Shown: piece by piece, positions 1-8,912 of the stretch | Position numbering within the stretch: the stretch's first letter is position 1 | How the letters are laid out: the number at the start of each line of letters is the position of its first letter | DNA from: a virus | Taxonomy: Duplodnaviria; Caudoviricetes | Strand: one strand, 5' to 3' | DNA length: 60,775 nt | Virus record (IMG/VR): IMGVR_UViG_3300043446_003656 | Span: 1 to 60,775 of that record | Position numbers and translations under genes: made by a program | The notes under the pieces: model-generated | Database searches by the model: none | What the model saw: only the letters and a program-made list of their open reading frames with translations | Told to the model about the DNA's origin: nothing

Positions 1-1
1 G

Positions 2-559
2 AATAAGTGGGTTCCTGTTAAAGGTAACAAACCACAGCCAGGTTGGGTAGTTTATTTTGACTTCCCTGGTGGTCGTGATATTGACCATGTTGGCTGGGTT
101 CTTAAAGATAATGGTGATGGAACTGCTTGGTGTATTGAAGGAAATACATCCGCTGATGGAAAGAAGGGTAGCCAGTCAAATGGTGGTGAGTGTGCAAAGA
201 AACTTCGTGCATATGGTCCCAACAAGAAAGGTCTTCAAGTATTTATTGCAGGATATGGAGCAGTTGACTATCCAGATGCAGATGCTCCAGCAACGCTTGA
301 AGAAAAGAAGATTGCACTTGCTGAAACCGTAAAAGCACAAGGTGTAGAAGTTCCTGCAGTTAAAACATGGACACCTATTAAAAAGGGTATGAAAACTCCA
401 AAGGTTAAAGAAATTCAAACGCTTCTTAAAATTAATGCAGATGGAGATTTTGGTGCTGGAACTGAAACAGCAGTTAAAAACTTTCAAAAGAAAGATAAAT
501 TGAAAGTAACTGGTATTGTTGATGAAGAAACATATCGTCATCTTAAAGGTGTAAAATAA
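2..559 (+). CDS. Endolysin, 5'-truncated (CHAP domain plus C-terminal peptidoglycan-binding domain)
   Basis: Frame 2 translated by hand: PQPGWVVYFDF..DHVGWV..CIEGNT (CHAP His motif), then IQTLLKINADGDFGAGTETAVKNFQ..VTGIVD (PG_binding_1 pattern); TAA at 557-559. Confidence 0.85.
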   Translation, partial: NKWVPVKGNKPQPGWVVYFDFPGGRDIDHVGWVLKDNGDGTAWCIEGNTSADGKKGSQSNGGECAKKLRAYGPNKKGLQVFIAGYGAVDYPDADAPATLEEKKIALAETVKAQGVEVPAVKTWTPIKKGMKTPKVKEIQTLLKINADGDFGAGTETAVKNFQKKDKLKVTGIVDEETYRHLKGVK

Positions 560-1213
560 TTGAAAAACAAAATTAAATCAACAGTGTTAGTGGCTACATT
601 AGTAGCCACTACATTTGTTGGATATTCAGCATTAGCCACGCAAGATGGCATTTATAAAGATCAGATTACTGCATTAAACTCTCTTGTTGTAAAAGAAGAA
701 AGCAGATCTGGTTACGTAAGATCAAAATTTAAACATTGGGTTTCAACTGGAAACAATTGCGACGCAAGAAAATCTGTAATAATTTCTGAAGCAATTAAAA
801 AACCAACGGTAGATAAATCATGTAAAATTACTGGGGGAGAATGGTACAGTCCTTATGACGATGTAAAAGTTGCAGATGCATCTAAGCTAGATGTTGACCA
901 CATGGTTCCATTAGCAGAAGCCTGGGATTCTGGAGCATCTTCTTGGGATGCTTTAAGGCGTGAAAAATATGCAAATGATCAAACAGACCCAATTCATTTA
1001 ATTGCAGTAACGGCAGCATCCAATAGGTCAAAATCAGATCAGGATCCAGCCGAATGGTTACCAACAAATAAATCATATATTTGTCAGTATATTACTAATT
1101 GGATTGCAATAAAAGTTCGCTGGAATTTAAATCTTGATCAAAAAGAAAAAGATGCATTAATTTTAACCTTAAAACAATGCAAAAAAACTAAAATTGTAGT
1201 ATCAAAAATATAA
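560..1213 (+). CDS. Secreted His-Me finger nuclease (DUF1524 family)
   Basis: Signal peptide; DVDHMVPLAEAWDSGA and NRSKSDQDPAEWLP motifs. Confidence 0.85.
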   Translation: MKNKIKSTVLVATLVATTFVGYSALATQDGIYKDQITALNSLVVKEESRSGYVRSKFKHWVSTGNNCDARKSVIISEAIKKPTVDKSCKITGGEWYSPYDDVKVADASKLDVDHMVPLAEAWDSGASSWDALRREKYANDQTDPIHLIAVTAASNRSKSDQDPAEWLPTNKSYICQYITNWIAIKVRWNLNLDQKEKDALILTLKQCKKTKIVVSKI

Positions 1214-1247
1214 GTTTATTTAATTTGTAATTCATGATATAATACTT

Positions 1248-3212
1248 ATGGCTTTAAAAGCCCTGGAGGATTATAGATTGGGAGATAAATTATGGAGATT
1301 ATCATTAACAGCCATCCTGGGCTTTGGATGGATGTTTTTAACTCCCGCCTATAGCGATGACCCACTTCAAATTGCTGCCAGCCAGATATCTCAACTTGAA
1401 TCAGATGTTCAAAAACTTACAGATCAGGCAAAAACTCAAGAACTAATAGATTTAGCAAAAAGCAAATATAGTGCAGCAGTTGCTGCAAAACAAAATATGC
1501 AGGATGCACAAACTGCGTATGATACTGCTGTTTCAGATGGTGCAACCGCAACAACAGCAAAAAATAATGCACAATCTGCGGTAGATTCTCAACAAACAGT
1601 TAGAGATTCCGCCTATACAAATCTGCAAAACAAACAAGATGCTTTAGATATAGCAAATATTAATTTATCAAATACTCCCGTACCATCGTCTGGCTCACAA
1701 GGAGTTTCATTTAGAATTTACCCGTTATCCAGAAGTGGAAATATTGCTTACTTATCTCAGTACGCTGGGCTAATGTGTCAAGGTGCACTTCCATATTTTT
1801 ATACATATGCTGGAGATGGTGCAATATGCGGATCATCTCAAAATATTATTGGTATATTTAACGCAACACTTACAATTCCAGAAGAAATTAATGATGTGTA
1901 TTTTGCTGGATATACAGACGATGGATTTAAATTATATGTTGATGGTGTATTGGAAATAAGTAACTGGATAGAACAGGGCGGAACTTGGAGTCAGTATTCA
2001 AGACACTTTAATACTTCAACAGATAAAACTTTAGAATTAGAAGTCTGGTGGTATAACGGCGGTGGACCAGGAATTATGACTATTGGCTGGGGGTATAATG
2101 GAATATGGACAGGAGTTCCAGGAGCATATTTATCTTACGGACAAGGATCTAGTCAAGAAGTTATAGATGCATATAATCAAGCTGTATTAGCACAGCAAAC
2201 AGCTCAAACAAACTATAACAATGCTTTATCTACATACAATACAGAAAATGATTTATTAATTCAATATAATCAAAACCTAACAACTGCTGAGCAAAACCTA
2301 ACAACGGCAAATGAAAACCTAACAAATGCTCAACAAAACCTAACAAATGCTACAAATAACTATAATACTGCAATAACAGAAATGCAGGTAGCAATTATTG
2401 ATGCACAAACAGAATATAATAAACAATGGGATTTTGAAGAAAAACAAAGAGTTGCTGCAGCAATTGCACAAGCATTAGCTAATCAACCACAGCCCACACC
2501 AGAACCTACAATAATAATAGATCCGACACCAGAACCTACTGTTGAACCTGTTGCTCCAACACCAACTCCTGAGCAAACAAAACCAACCGATCCCACTCCA
2601 GAGCCAACACCTGAAACAACACATTCGGTAGATCCAACTCCAGACCCAACTCCTGAGCCTTCAGTTGAGCCTTCACCAGAGCCTTCACCTCAGCCAACGG
2701 ATATAAATCCAAGTCTAACTCCTGAACCAACTCAAGATCCTGTTGTAATTCCTGATAAAACAGATAATTCTCCCGTATCTCCACAAATGGCAAATTTAAT
2801 TGCTGATATTACAAATTCTAACACATTAACTAAATTAACACCAGAACAAAAAATTGCTGTTGCGGGAACATTAGGTATTAAAACTGAAGAACTTGCTAAG
2901 GTAGCAGAACTAGCTAAGGCAGATCCAAATGTAGGACAAGCATTACAGGAATTCGGGGATAGAGCAAATGCTAATTTAAATGCCCCAATGCCCTACACAC
3001 TAGCAGATGCTACAACTGAAGTTGCAGCAGAAAAACTTTTGTCAGATCCAATTGGAGCGTTGACAAATATAGATTTAACACAAGTTCTTAGCCCATCTGA
3101 ATGGGGTAAAGATATGACAGATGATCAAAGAGAAAAGGCGCAAGAAGTAATTGTTCCTGTAATCATAGCATCTAATCTCGTGGCAGCAGCCATGACAAGG
3201 AGGATAAAATGA
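1248..3212 (+). CDS. Surface or secreted protein: coiled coil, PA14-like domain, Pro/Thr/Glu-rich stalk, C-terminal hydrophobic anchor
   Basis: YTDDGFKLYVDG..WIEQGG..WWYNGGG PA14-like motifs; LTxAxxN heptads; PTPEPT repeats. Confidence 0.7.
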   Translation: MALKALEDYRLGDKLWRLSLTAILGFGWMFLTPAYSDDPLQIAASQISQLESDVQKLTDQAKTQELIDLAKSKYSAAVAAKQNMQDAQTAYDTAVSDGATATTAKNNAQSAVDSQQTVRDSAYTNLQNKQDALDIANINLSNTPVPSSGSQGVSFRIYPLSRSGNIAYLSQYAGLMCQGALPYFYTYAGDGAICGSSQNIIGIFNATLTIPEEINDVYFAGYTDDGFKLYVDGVLEISNWIEQGGTWSQYSRHFNTSTDKTLELEVWWYNGGGPGIMTIGWGYNGIWTGVPGAYLSYGQGSSQEVIDAYNQAVLAQQTAQTNYNNALSTYNTENDLLIQYNQNLTTAEQNLTTANENLTNAQQNLTNATNNYNTAITEMQVAIIDAQTEYNKQWDFEEKQRVAAAIAQALANQPQPTPEPTIIIDPTPEPTVEPVAPTPTPEQTKPTDPTPEPTPETTHSVDPTPDPTPEPSVEPSPEPSPQPTDINPSLTPEPTQDPVVIPDKTDNSPVSPQMANLIADITNSNTLTKLTPEQKIAVAGTLGIKTEELAKVAELAKADPNVGQALQEFGDRANANLNAPMPYTLADATTEVAAEKLLSDPIGALTNIDLTQVLSPSEWGKDMTDDQREKAQEVIVPVIIASNLVAAAMTRRIK

Positions 3213-3403
3213 AAATAATAAAAAGTATATTAATGTACGCTGGCGAGGTAATTAAAGAAAGCATTGCTCAAATATTTACCCTCCTAGGGTTTTTTATAGC
3301 GTGGTTAACTCTTACTGGAACAGCACAACAAGTAGTTGGGCTGGCAACTGTTGCATCTACAGTAATATGGTTAGCAACAATTCCTTTAAGAAAAGATAAA
3401 TAA
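3209..3403 (+). CDS. Small two-TM membrane protein
   Basis: Two hydrophobic segments; overlaps the upstream stop. Confidence 0.6.
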   Translation: MKIIKSILMYAGEVIKESIAQIFTLLGFFIAWLTLTGTAQQVVGLATVASTVIWLATIPLRKDK

Positions 3404-3423
3404 ATGGAAGGAGGCAATAAATA

Positions 3424-3726
3424 ATGGCAAAGAAAAAAGTTGAAGTTGGATTTGGACTAGCCCCAGAAGCTTTGGAAGCTGGCCCAATTTCAAGTGTAAA
3501 AAACATATTCTTTAGAATAGTTGCTGTATTTGCTGCTTCAGGATTAAGCGTAATAGGTGCTGGTGCTGTAGTAGGAATTAGCACGGTAAAAGCTGTCATA
3601 TTGGCGGGAACTCTTGGAGTTGCCTCAGTAGTTGAAAAGCTTGCTCGTGGCTTTTTGGATGATGGCAAACTTACTATTACTGAAATAAATGCAGCATTTA
3701 ATTCAGTAGATAAAAAGGCAGAATAG
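3424..3726 (+). CDS. Membrane protein, possible holin
   Basis: Strong SD (GGAGG); two hydrophobic helices; near the endolysin. Confidence 0.45.
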   Translation: MAKKKVEVGFGLAPEALEAGPISSVKNIFFRIVAVFAASGLSVIGAGAVVGISTVKAVILAGTLGVASVVEKLARGFLDDGKLTITEINAAFNSVDKKAE

Positions 3727-3757
3727 TATAACATATCCTATATGGTATAATTAATTT

Positions 3758-4399
3758 ATGCCTTATAAGATAGTACAACATGGAAATAAATTTTCAGTAA
3801 TTGCCCAGGATACTGGGCACGTAGCTGGAACACATCCAAGTAAAGAAAAAGCACAAGCTCAAGTGGCTGCATTATATGCTAATGAACCAGAAGCTAGAAA
3901 GTGCATGACATGTGGATGTGATGATTTAGGTAATGATCATCATTATATTTCAGATACTGAAAAATGTTCTTATTGCATTAATAAAAAACAGGGACCATGT
4001 TGGGAAGGGTACGAGTATGCAGGCACAAAAGAAAAAAATGGTAAAACAGTGCCAAATTGTATCCCTCTTAAGAAACAAATAATAACAGGTGGCGACGGCT
4101 GGAGTATTGAATTCAGTACTCCAGACTGTCAACATGGTTGGTCAATTTTAAAAGGCGGGACTGGACAATCCATCGGTTGTTATCTTACGAAAGAAGAAGC
4201 AGAAAAAGCTTTAGATGCTTTACAAATTAAAGAAACTGATATGACAAAATCTATTTGGGATGGGGTATTTATACCAAATGGGGAAGCATTATCTGGAATA
4301 AATTTTGGAACACAATATCAAGATAGCAGATTTTATTATCCATCAAAAGCAACATATGAAAATGATGGGAAGCCAAGAGTTGGTTACGGAAATGCCTAA
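3758..4399 (+). CDS. Modular Cys-rich phage protein, possible head-associated protein
   Basis: GPCWEGYEYAGTKEKNGKTVPNCIP module; KSIWDGVF motif; TGGTATAAT promoter upstream. Confidence 0.6.
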   Translation: MPYKIVQHGNKFSVIAQDTGHVAGTHPSKEKAQAQVAALYANEPEARKCMTCGCDDLGNDHHYISDTEKCSYCINKKQGPCWEGYEYAGTKEKNGKTVPNCIPLKKQIITGGDGWSIEFSTPDCQHGWSILKGGTGQSIGCYLTKEEAEKALDALQIKETDMTKSIWDGVFIPNGEALSGINFGTQYQDSRFYYPSKATYENDGKPRVGYGNA

Positions 4400-4544
4400 A
4401 AAATCTTCAGGTAAATACAAAACTAAACATCCTTTTAACCCTATTCAAATAAAAGATGGTATGATTGTAAGGTTGAGAAAAGATGGAACAGTTAAAGCTG
4501 TTTTAGGTAAATACGGAGAATACAAAAAAGAAAAGAATAAATAA
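4392..4544 (+). CDS. Small basic protein
   Basis: MPKKSSGKYK..., likely start overlaps the previous stop. Confidence 0.5.
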   Translation: MPKKSSGKYKTKHPFNPIQIKDGMIVRLRKDGTVKAVLGKYGEYKKEKNK

Positions 4545-5149
4545 TGAAAAAAGTATATTTAGACGAAAATGTTTTCTATATAGAAAATTTTTTGCCTACA
4601 GATTTATGGCAAAAAACTTTGGATATTTGCAAAAAAGAAGATGGATGGAAATTTGAAGATTTAATTGTACCTCAAAGAGGAACAAAAAATATGCCATATG
4701 AAATTTATCAGGAATATTGGGACATAGTTTTAGGTAAATTAAAAGAAATATACCCAGAATCTGATCATATGTATAGATATACTGGACATTTTTCTGCATT
4801 TAAGCCAGCAAATGAAGCAATCGCTGATGATTGGGCTTTTGGACTTCATGAAGATGACAATGGATATAAAGAAGGATATAAAATAGATTCAGAAAATCCA
4901 GTTATTTTGCATGGATGTATCTATTATATAAATGATGATTATGATGGTGGGGAAGTTGTTTACCCAAGAGCTAATTTAAGAATAAAGCCAAAACCTAATA
5001 TGTTTTTATCTCATCCAGGAACTTCTAAATATTTGCATGGAGTAACACAAGTATATGGAAAAACAAGATATACATCTCCGATGTTTATCTTGGACAGAAA
5101 GCAAAAACAATTAATAAACCAAGTAGATGCGTTTGAGGGCGATGACTAA
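4544..5149 (+). CDS. 2OG-Fe(II) oxygenase (prolyl 4-hydroxylase-like)
   Basis: HED..YINDDYDGGE..HGV..RY facial triad and 2OG-binding Arg. Confidence 0.85.
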   Translation: MKKVYLDENVFYIENFLPTDLWQKTLDICKKEDGWKFEDLIVPQRGTKNMPYEIYQEYWDIVLGKLKEIYPESDHMYRYTGHFSAFKPANEAIADDWAFGLHEDDNGYKEGYKIDSENPVILHGCIYYINDDYDGGEVVYPRANLRIKPKPNMFLSHPGTSKYLHGVTQVYGKTRYTSPMFILDRKQKQLINQVDAFEGDD

Positions 5150-5807
5150 AAAATCTTTAATAATTAGTGGTACAGCAAGTATAGTGCCAGAAATGATATC
5201 AGTTTTAAAAAACAACAATTATCAAATTGATTTAACTTACAGGAACAAAGAAAAAATGTTGTTAAAGAAAGAATTATACGGAGAAGATGTAAATTGGATG
5301 TATTTGGATTTTGATTCTCCAGACTCAACAAATAATTTTTGTGAAAATTTAGCGTCTTATGATGTAGTAGTAATACTACCAGCGTCATCACCTGGTCGTG
5401 ATTTTTTTACAACTCCAGATTCTCAGTTGAGAATGTTCTATTCTAATTATGTTGTAAATGTAATGTTGGCTACAAAAAAAATATTAGAAAAATTATCGGA
5501 TGACGGTAAAATTATATATATATCTTCTGTTGCAGCAAATAGGCCAGTACCAGATATAAATTACGCAGTGGCAAAAGGAGTAATACAAATATTTTTTACA
5601 TCTTTATCTACCAAAGTAAGACCAAATCAAAGTGTATTTTCTCTTGCTCCAGGTTTAATTTATGATACTCAAGCGTTTTATGATAATGATCCGTCAAATT
5701 ACAACAATGACCCGTCACAACTAGCAACAAAAGAAGAAATTGCTTCTTTTTTAATTAAATCTGATGTAAATAATAACGGTAAAGTTATTAAACTTGGAAA
5801 AGATTGA
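5127..5807 (+). CDS. Short-chain dehydrogenase/reductase
   Basis: IIYISS..YAVAK (YxxxK)..LAPG; glycine-rich loop is degenerate. Confidence 0.8.
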   Translation: MRLRAMTKKSLIISGTASIVPEMISVLKNNNYQIDLTYRNKEKMLLKKELYGEDVNWMYLDFDSPDSTNNFCENLASYDVVVILPASSPGRDFFTTPDSQLRMFYSNYVVNVMLATKKILEKLSDDGKIIYISSVAANRPVPDINYAVAKGVIQIFFTSLSTKVRPNQSVFSLAPGLIYDTQAFYDNDPSNYNNDPSQLATKEEIASFLIKSDVNNNGKVIKLGKD

Positions 5808-5833
5808 CATTTTTTTATATTTTTTGGTATAAT
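5805..5833 (+). promoter_or_regulatory. SigA-type promoter
   Basis: TTGACA-N17-TATAAT with extended -10 TG. Confidence 0.8.
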
Positions 5834-5870
5834 ATAAAAGTCGGGGGAGACAGCGACTCTAAAAAACTGG

Positions 5871-5903
5871 TATAGTCCTGAGCAAGACTGTAAAAAACTA
5901 CTC
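5871..5903 (+). ncRNA. Candidate H-type pseudoknot element, copy 1
   Basis: TATAGTC-CTGAGCAA-GACTGTA-AAAAAC-TACTC; same consensus as three minus-strand copies. Confidence 0.5.
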
Positions 5904-5906
5904 CAT

Positions 5907-5977
5907 ATGTCTCTAGTGTAAAGGTAGCACAACGGATTCCAAACCCGTTAGTCAGAGTTCAAATCTTTGGAGACGTG
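5907..5977 (+). tRNA. trnW: tRNA-Trp(CCA)
   Basis: Acceptor ATGTCTC/GAGACGT, anticodon loop TTCCAAA, T-loop GTTCAAATC. Confidence 0.85.
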
Positions 5978-6116
5978 CGAATACTCCAGAGCCGTCCCTG
6001 AAGTTATACTTTGGCGTTAGGCGTATATAACAGACCAAACGGCTGGGGTTTCAAAAATAAAAATTGCCTTCGGGAATTTTTAAAAAACTAACTTGCTTAA
6101 AGAAAAGGAGAATAGT

Positions 6117-6524
6117 ATGACTAATACTTTTGCATGGGATCTTTTTAATGATCCTTTTTTTATTGGCTTTCAGCCAAACATTAATTCATGGACACGTGTA
6201 ACAACACAAAACAATTATCCACCTTACAATGTAATAAAACAAGATGAAGATACATATCTTGTTGAACTTGCTTTGGCGGGATTTAATAAATCTGAAATTA
6301 ATGTAACAGTAGATAATGGCAATTTAATTGTCAAGGGTGAAAAAGAAAATAAAGATGTAGAATTCAAGCATAAAGGAATTGCTACACGTTCTTTTACACG
6401 TTCATTTGCTCTTGGAGAGTATATGGAAGTTACTGGAGCTGAATTTGAAAATGGAATGCTTTCAATTATTATTGAAAGAATTATTCCAGAAGAAAAAAAG
6501 CCAAAATCTATTGACATCAAATAA
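6117..6524 (+). CDS. hsp20: Small heat-shock protein Hsp20
   Basis: YPPYNV..ELALAGF..HKGIATRSFTRSF..NGMLSI; SD AAGGAG before ATG 6117. Confidence 0.95.
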   Translation: MTNTFAWDLFNDPFFIGFQPNINSWTRVTTQNNYPPYNVIKQDEDTYLVELALAGFNKSEINVTVDNGNLIVKGEKENKDVEFKHKGIATRSFTRSFALGEYMEVTGAEFENGMLSIIIERIIPEEKKPKSIDIK

Positions 6525-6541
6525 ATAAAAAGGAGCATATC

Positions 6542-7072
6542 ATCAATATTAGTAAATTAGCAGAAAATATATTTTATTTTGAAAATATCATTGAAGATAT
6601 TGATGATATGCTTTTAAAAATACAATCAATCGAAAAGCGTGAAAATGAATTAAGACAAAATGGCACATATTTTGGCGTTAAGCATTTACTTGAAGGAAAT
6701 CTTTTACAACAAATAGAGAATATTTTTTGGGAAAATTTTATTTTAAGCACAAAAGAAAACAAAAATAATTTTAATTTAATTTTTAATGGACATGTTAGAA
6801 TGTATACCCCAGGTGCTGGGATCAGTCCACATACAGATGAATATTTTTTTGGAAAAAACAAATCAGATATGAAATATCCAGATTATACGGCTTTATTATA
6901 TTTTAACAACAATTATGAAGGTGGAGAACTGGGATTACCAGACTACAACATTTTATTTAAGCCAACACCTGGGAGTTTTTTAATATTTCCTAAAAATACA
7001 ACCCATGAAGTAAAAGACATATTATCTGGAAATAGATATATTGCAATGGCTTTTTTTGTGAAAAAAGATTGA
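6542..7072 (+). CDS. 2OG-Fe(II) oxygenase (first ATG at 6608; probable upstream non-AUG start)
   Basis: HTD..YFNNNYEGGE..HEV..RY; the open frame upstream encodes KLAENIFYFEN, like the paralog N-termini. Confidence 0.8.
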   Translation: MNISKLAENIFYFENIIEDIDDMLLKIQSIEKRENELRQNGTYFGVKHLLEGNLLQQIENIFWENFILSTKENKNNFNLIFNGHVRMYTPGAGISPHTDEYFFGKNKSDMKYPDYTALLYFNNNYEGGELGLPDYNILFKPTPGSFLIFPKNTTHEVKDILSGNRYIAMAFFVKKD

Positions 7073-7098
7073 CATTAAATATTTAATTAGTATATAAT
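7069..7098 (+). promoter_or_regulatory. SigA-type promoter of the ncRNA/tRNA operon
   Basis: TTGACA-N18-TATAAT. Confidence 0.8.
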
Positions 7099-7105
7099 AT
7101 AATCA

Positions 7106-7212
7106 GTACAGCAGACAACTTAGGATGGTATAGTTACAACACACAAGACCCTTATTGGTGGTTCGTGGTGGAATCTGGGCCATTGTGCAGTTCTAGGGAA
7201 TGTCTGCTGTAC
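7106..7212 (+). ncRNA. Candidate structured ncRNA of about 107 nt
   Basis: Perfect 12-bp terminal stem GTACAGCAGACA/TGTCTGCTGTAC starting at the predicted +1. Confidence 0.6.
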
Positions 7213-7218
7213 CTTTAT

Positions 7219-7291
7219 TGGCCCATAGCTCAGTTGGTAGAGCGTCGAACTGTTAATTCGAATGTCCCAGGATCGAGACCTGGTGGGCCAG
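7219..7291 (+). tRNA. trnN: tRNA-Asn(GTT)
   Basis: Cloverleaf; anticodon arm TCGAA-CTGTTAA-TTCGA. Confidence 0.9.
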
Positions 7292-7292
7292 C

Positions 7293-7366
7293 GGAACAAT
7301 AGCCAAGTTGGTTAAGGCCCCGAACTCATAATTCGGTTATCGTAGGTTCAAGTCCTACTTGTTCCA
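7293..7366 (+). tRNA. tRNA with CAT anticodon (Met or Ile2)
   Basis: Anticodon arm CCGAA-CTCATAA-TTCGG. Confidence 0.85.
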
Positions 7367-7373
7367 CGAATAA

Positions 7374-7448
7374 CGGACGATATCCTAGCCTGGTTTTGGA
7401 AGTACTCTTATAAGGTATGTATCGTTGGTTCAAATCCAACTCGTCCGA
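7374..7448 (+). tRNA. trnI: tRNA-Ile(TAT)
   Basis: Acceptor CGGACGA/TCGTCCG; loop CTTATAA; T-loop GTTCAAATC. Confidence 0.8.
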
Positions 7449-7451
7449 CTT

Positions 7452-7527
7452 GCCTTGTTAGCTCAGTGGCCAGAGCATCCGCCTTGTAAGCGGAGGGTCA
7501 TCAGTTCGACTCTGATACGAGGCTCCA
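7452..7527 (+). tRNA. trnT: tRNA-Thr(TGT), encoded CCA
   Basis: TCCGC-CTTGTAA-GCGGA. Confidence 0.9.
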
Positions 7528-7528
7528 T

Positions 7529-7601
7529 CTCTCTGTAGCTCAGGGGACAGAGCAGCAGGTTTCTACCCTGCGTGTCGGAGGTTCAAATCCTTCCAGGGAG
7601 G
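7529..7601 (+). tRNA. trnR: tRNA-Arg(TCT)
   Basis: GCAGG-TTTCTAC-CCTGC. Confidence 0.9.
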
Positions 7602-7605
7602 CTCT

Positions 7606-7676
7606 TCTCTTATGGTGTAATGGCAGCACAGAGGCCTTTGAAGCCTTTAGTTTTAGTTCGAGTCTAGATAAGAGAA
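7606..7676 (+). tRNA. trnQ: tRNA-Gln(TTG)
   Basis: GAGGC-CTTTGAA-GCCTT. Confidence 0.85.
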
Positions 7677-7679
7677 CAG

Positions 7680-7752
7680 GTTCCTATAGCTCAGTTGGTA
7701 GAGCAGCAGACTTTTAATCTGCGGGTCGTTGGTTCGAGACCAACTGGGGACA
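7680..7752 (+). tRNA. trnK: tRNA-Lys(TTT)
   Basis: GCAGA-CTTTTAA-TCTGC. Confidence 0.9.
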
Positions 7753-7753
7753 C

Positions 7754-7835
7754 GCCCGTATGGTGGAATAGGCAGACACAGCAGACTTAAAATTTGCCAT
7801 CGAAAGATATACCAGTTCAAGTCTGGTTACGGGTA
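7754..7835 (+). tRNA. trnL: tRNA-Leu(TAA)
   Basis: GCAGA-CTTAAAA-TTTGC with long variable arm. Confidence 0.9.
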
Positions 7836-7863
7836 CAATGATATAATTGTAGAAGGAGAAAAG

Positions 7864-8433
7864 ATGATAAAATTTGATGATTTAGAAAAAAATAGATATA
7901 AAATAGAGCAAATAGATGAAAATATCTTTCGGGTTGAAAATTTTATTACTGATCAAGAATGTAAAGATTTAATGCTTGAAATATTAAATAAAAGTGATAA
8001 AGATTGGCTATCTGACTTTGAAGAAAGATATACTGATAAAAATTTTGATTACACAGATCAATGGTATAAAAGAGCTTTAAATTTAACAGATTCTGAATAT
8101 CCGCAAAAATTAAAAAAAAGATTAAAAGATTTAATTAACTCTGATTTAAAAGTAAAATCTTTTTTAACTGTACAAAGACACGAGCCTGGCTCAGGTATTG
8201 AATTACATGTTGATAAAAAACATGATCCAAAATTAGAGTATGCTGCTGTTCTATATTTAAACGATGATTTCAATGGCGGGGAGCTTTATTTTCCTGAAAA
8301 AGATATAGAAATAATTCCTTTAAAAAATAGTTTAATTATATTTAATACTGATATAGAATATTCACACGAAGTAAAAAAAGTTTTGCCTGGCCCAACAAGA
8401 TACGCTATTGCTACTTTTATATGGAAACCTTAA
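7864..8433 (+). CDS. 2OG-Fe(II) oxygenase
   Basis: HVD..YLNDDFNGGE..HEV..RY; SD AAGGAG before ATG 7864. Confidence 0.9.
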   Translation: MIKFDDLEKNRYKIEQIDENIFRVENFITDQECKDLMLEILNKSDKDWLSDFEERYTDKNFDYTDQWYKRALNLTDSEYPQKLKKRLKDLINSDLKVKSFLTVQRHEPGSGIELHVDKKHDPKLEYAAVLYLNDDFNGGELYFPEKDIEIIPLKNSLIIFNTDIEYSHEVKKVLPGPTRYAIATFIWKP

Positions 8434-8912
8434 ATATATCAATAGCTGGGATGGGAGCAGTTGGGAAAGAATTAATAAAAATACTTCCAGACAATGTTAT
8501 TATAGATAAAATATTGGTAAAAAATTTACATAAGCATGAAAAAACAAAAAATGTTACATTGGATATGAATTTAATTTTAAAATCTGATTTAATCGTTGAT
8601 GTAATGGATGATGTGGACACATCTAGAATATTATTAAAAAAATGTTTTGAGTCAGAAAAAAATATTGTTTTATGTAATAAAGAATTTGTAAAGAACAATA
8701 TTGATTTAATTTGTCACGATGGACTATACAAAAGTAATGTTTATATGCATGGTATAGTATGTAGTAATAATTTAGATGAATTTATCCCAATTGATCACAC
8801 AAACTTAAAAAGTTTTATTGGTAAAGGTTACAAAATTTTTGGGTTTAGGGGCGGGGGGCCTCAAGAAACTGCAAAGTTTATATTAAGCGATATAATGAGA
8901 TCTTTACAATAA
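8421..8912 (+). CDS. Homoserine dehydrogenase-like NAD-binding protein, internally shortened
   Basis: IAGMGAVG, DLIVDVM, IVLCNK and C-terminal GGGPQETAxxILSD. Confidence 0.65.
   Translation: METLNISIAGMGAVGKELIKILPDNVIIDKILVKNLHKHEKTKNVTLDMNLILKSDLIVDVMDDVDTSRILLKKCFESEKNIVLCNKEFVKNNIDLICHDGLYKSNVYMHGIVCSNNLDEFIPIDHTNLKSFIGKGYKIFGFRGGGPQETAKFILSDIMRSLQ

Noticed and set aside
57-541. ORFs 57-332 (+) and 176-541 (-)
   Set aside because: Shadows of the endolysin in frame 2.
7729-7863. N-terminal extension of the oxygenase in the ORF track
   Set aside because: It overlaps tRNA-Lys and tRNA-Leu; the SD supports ATG 7864.
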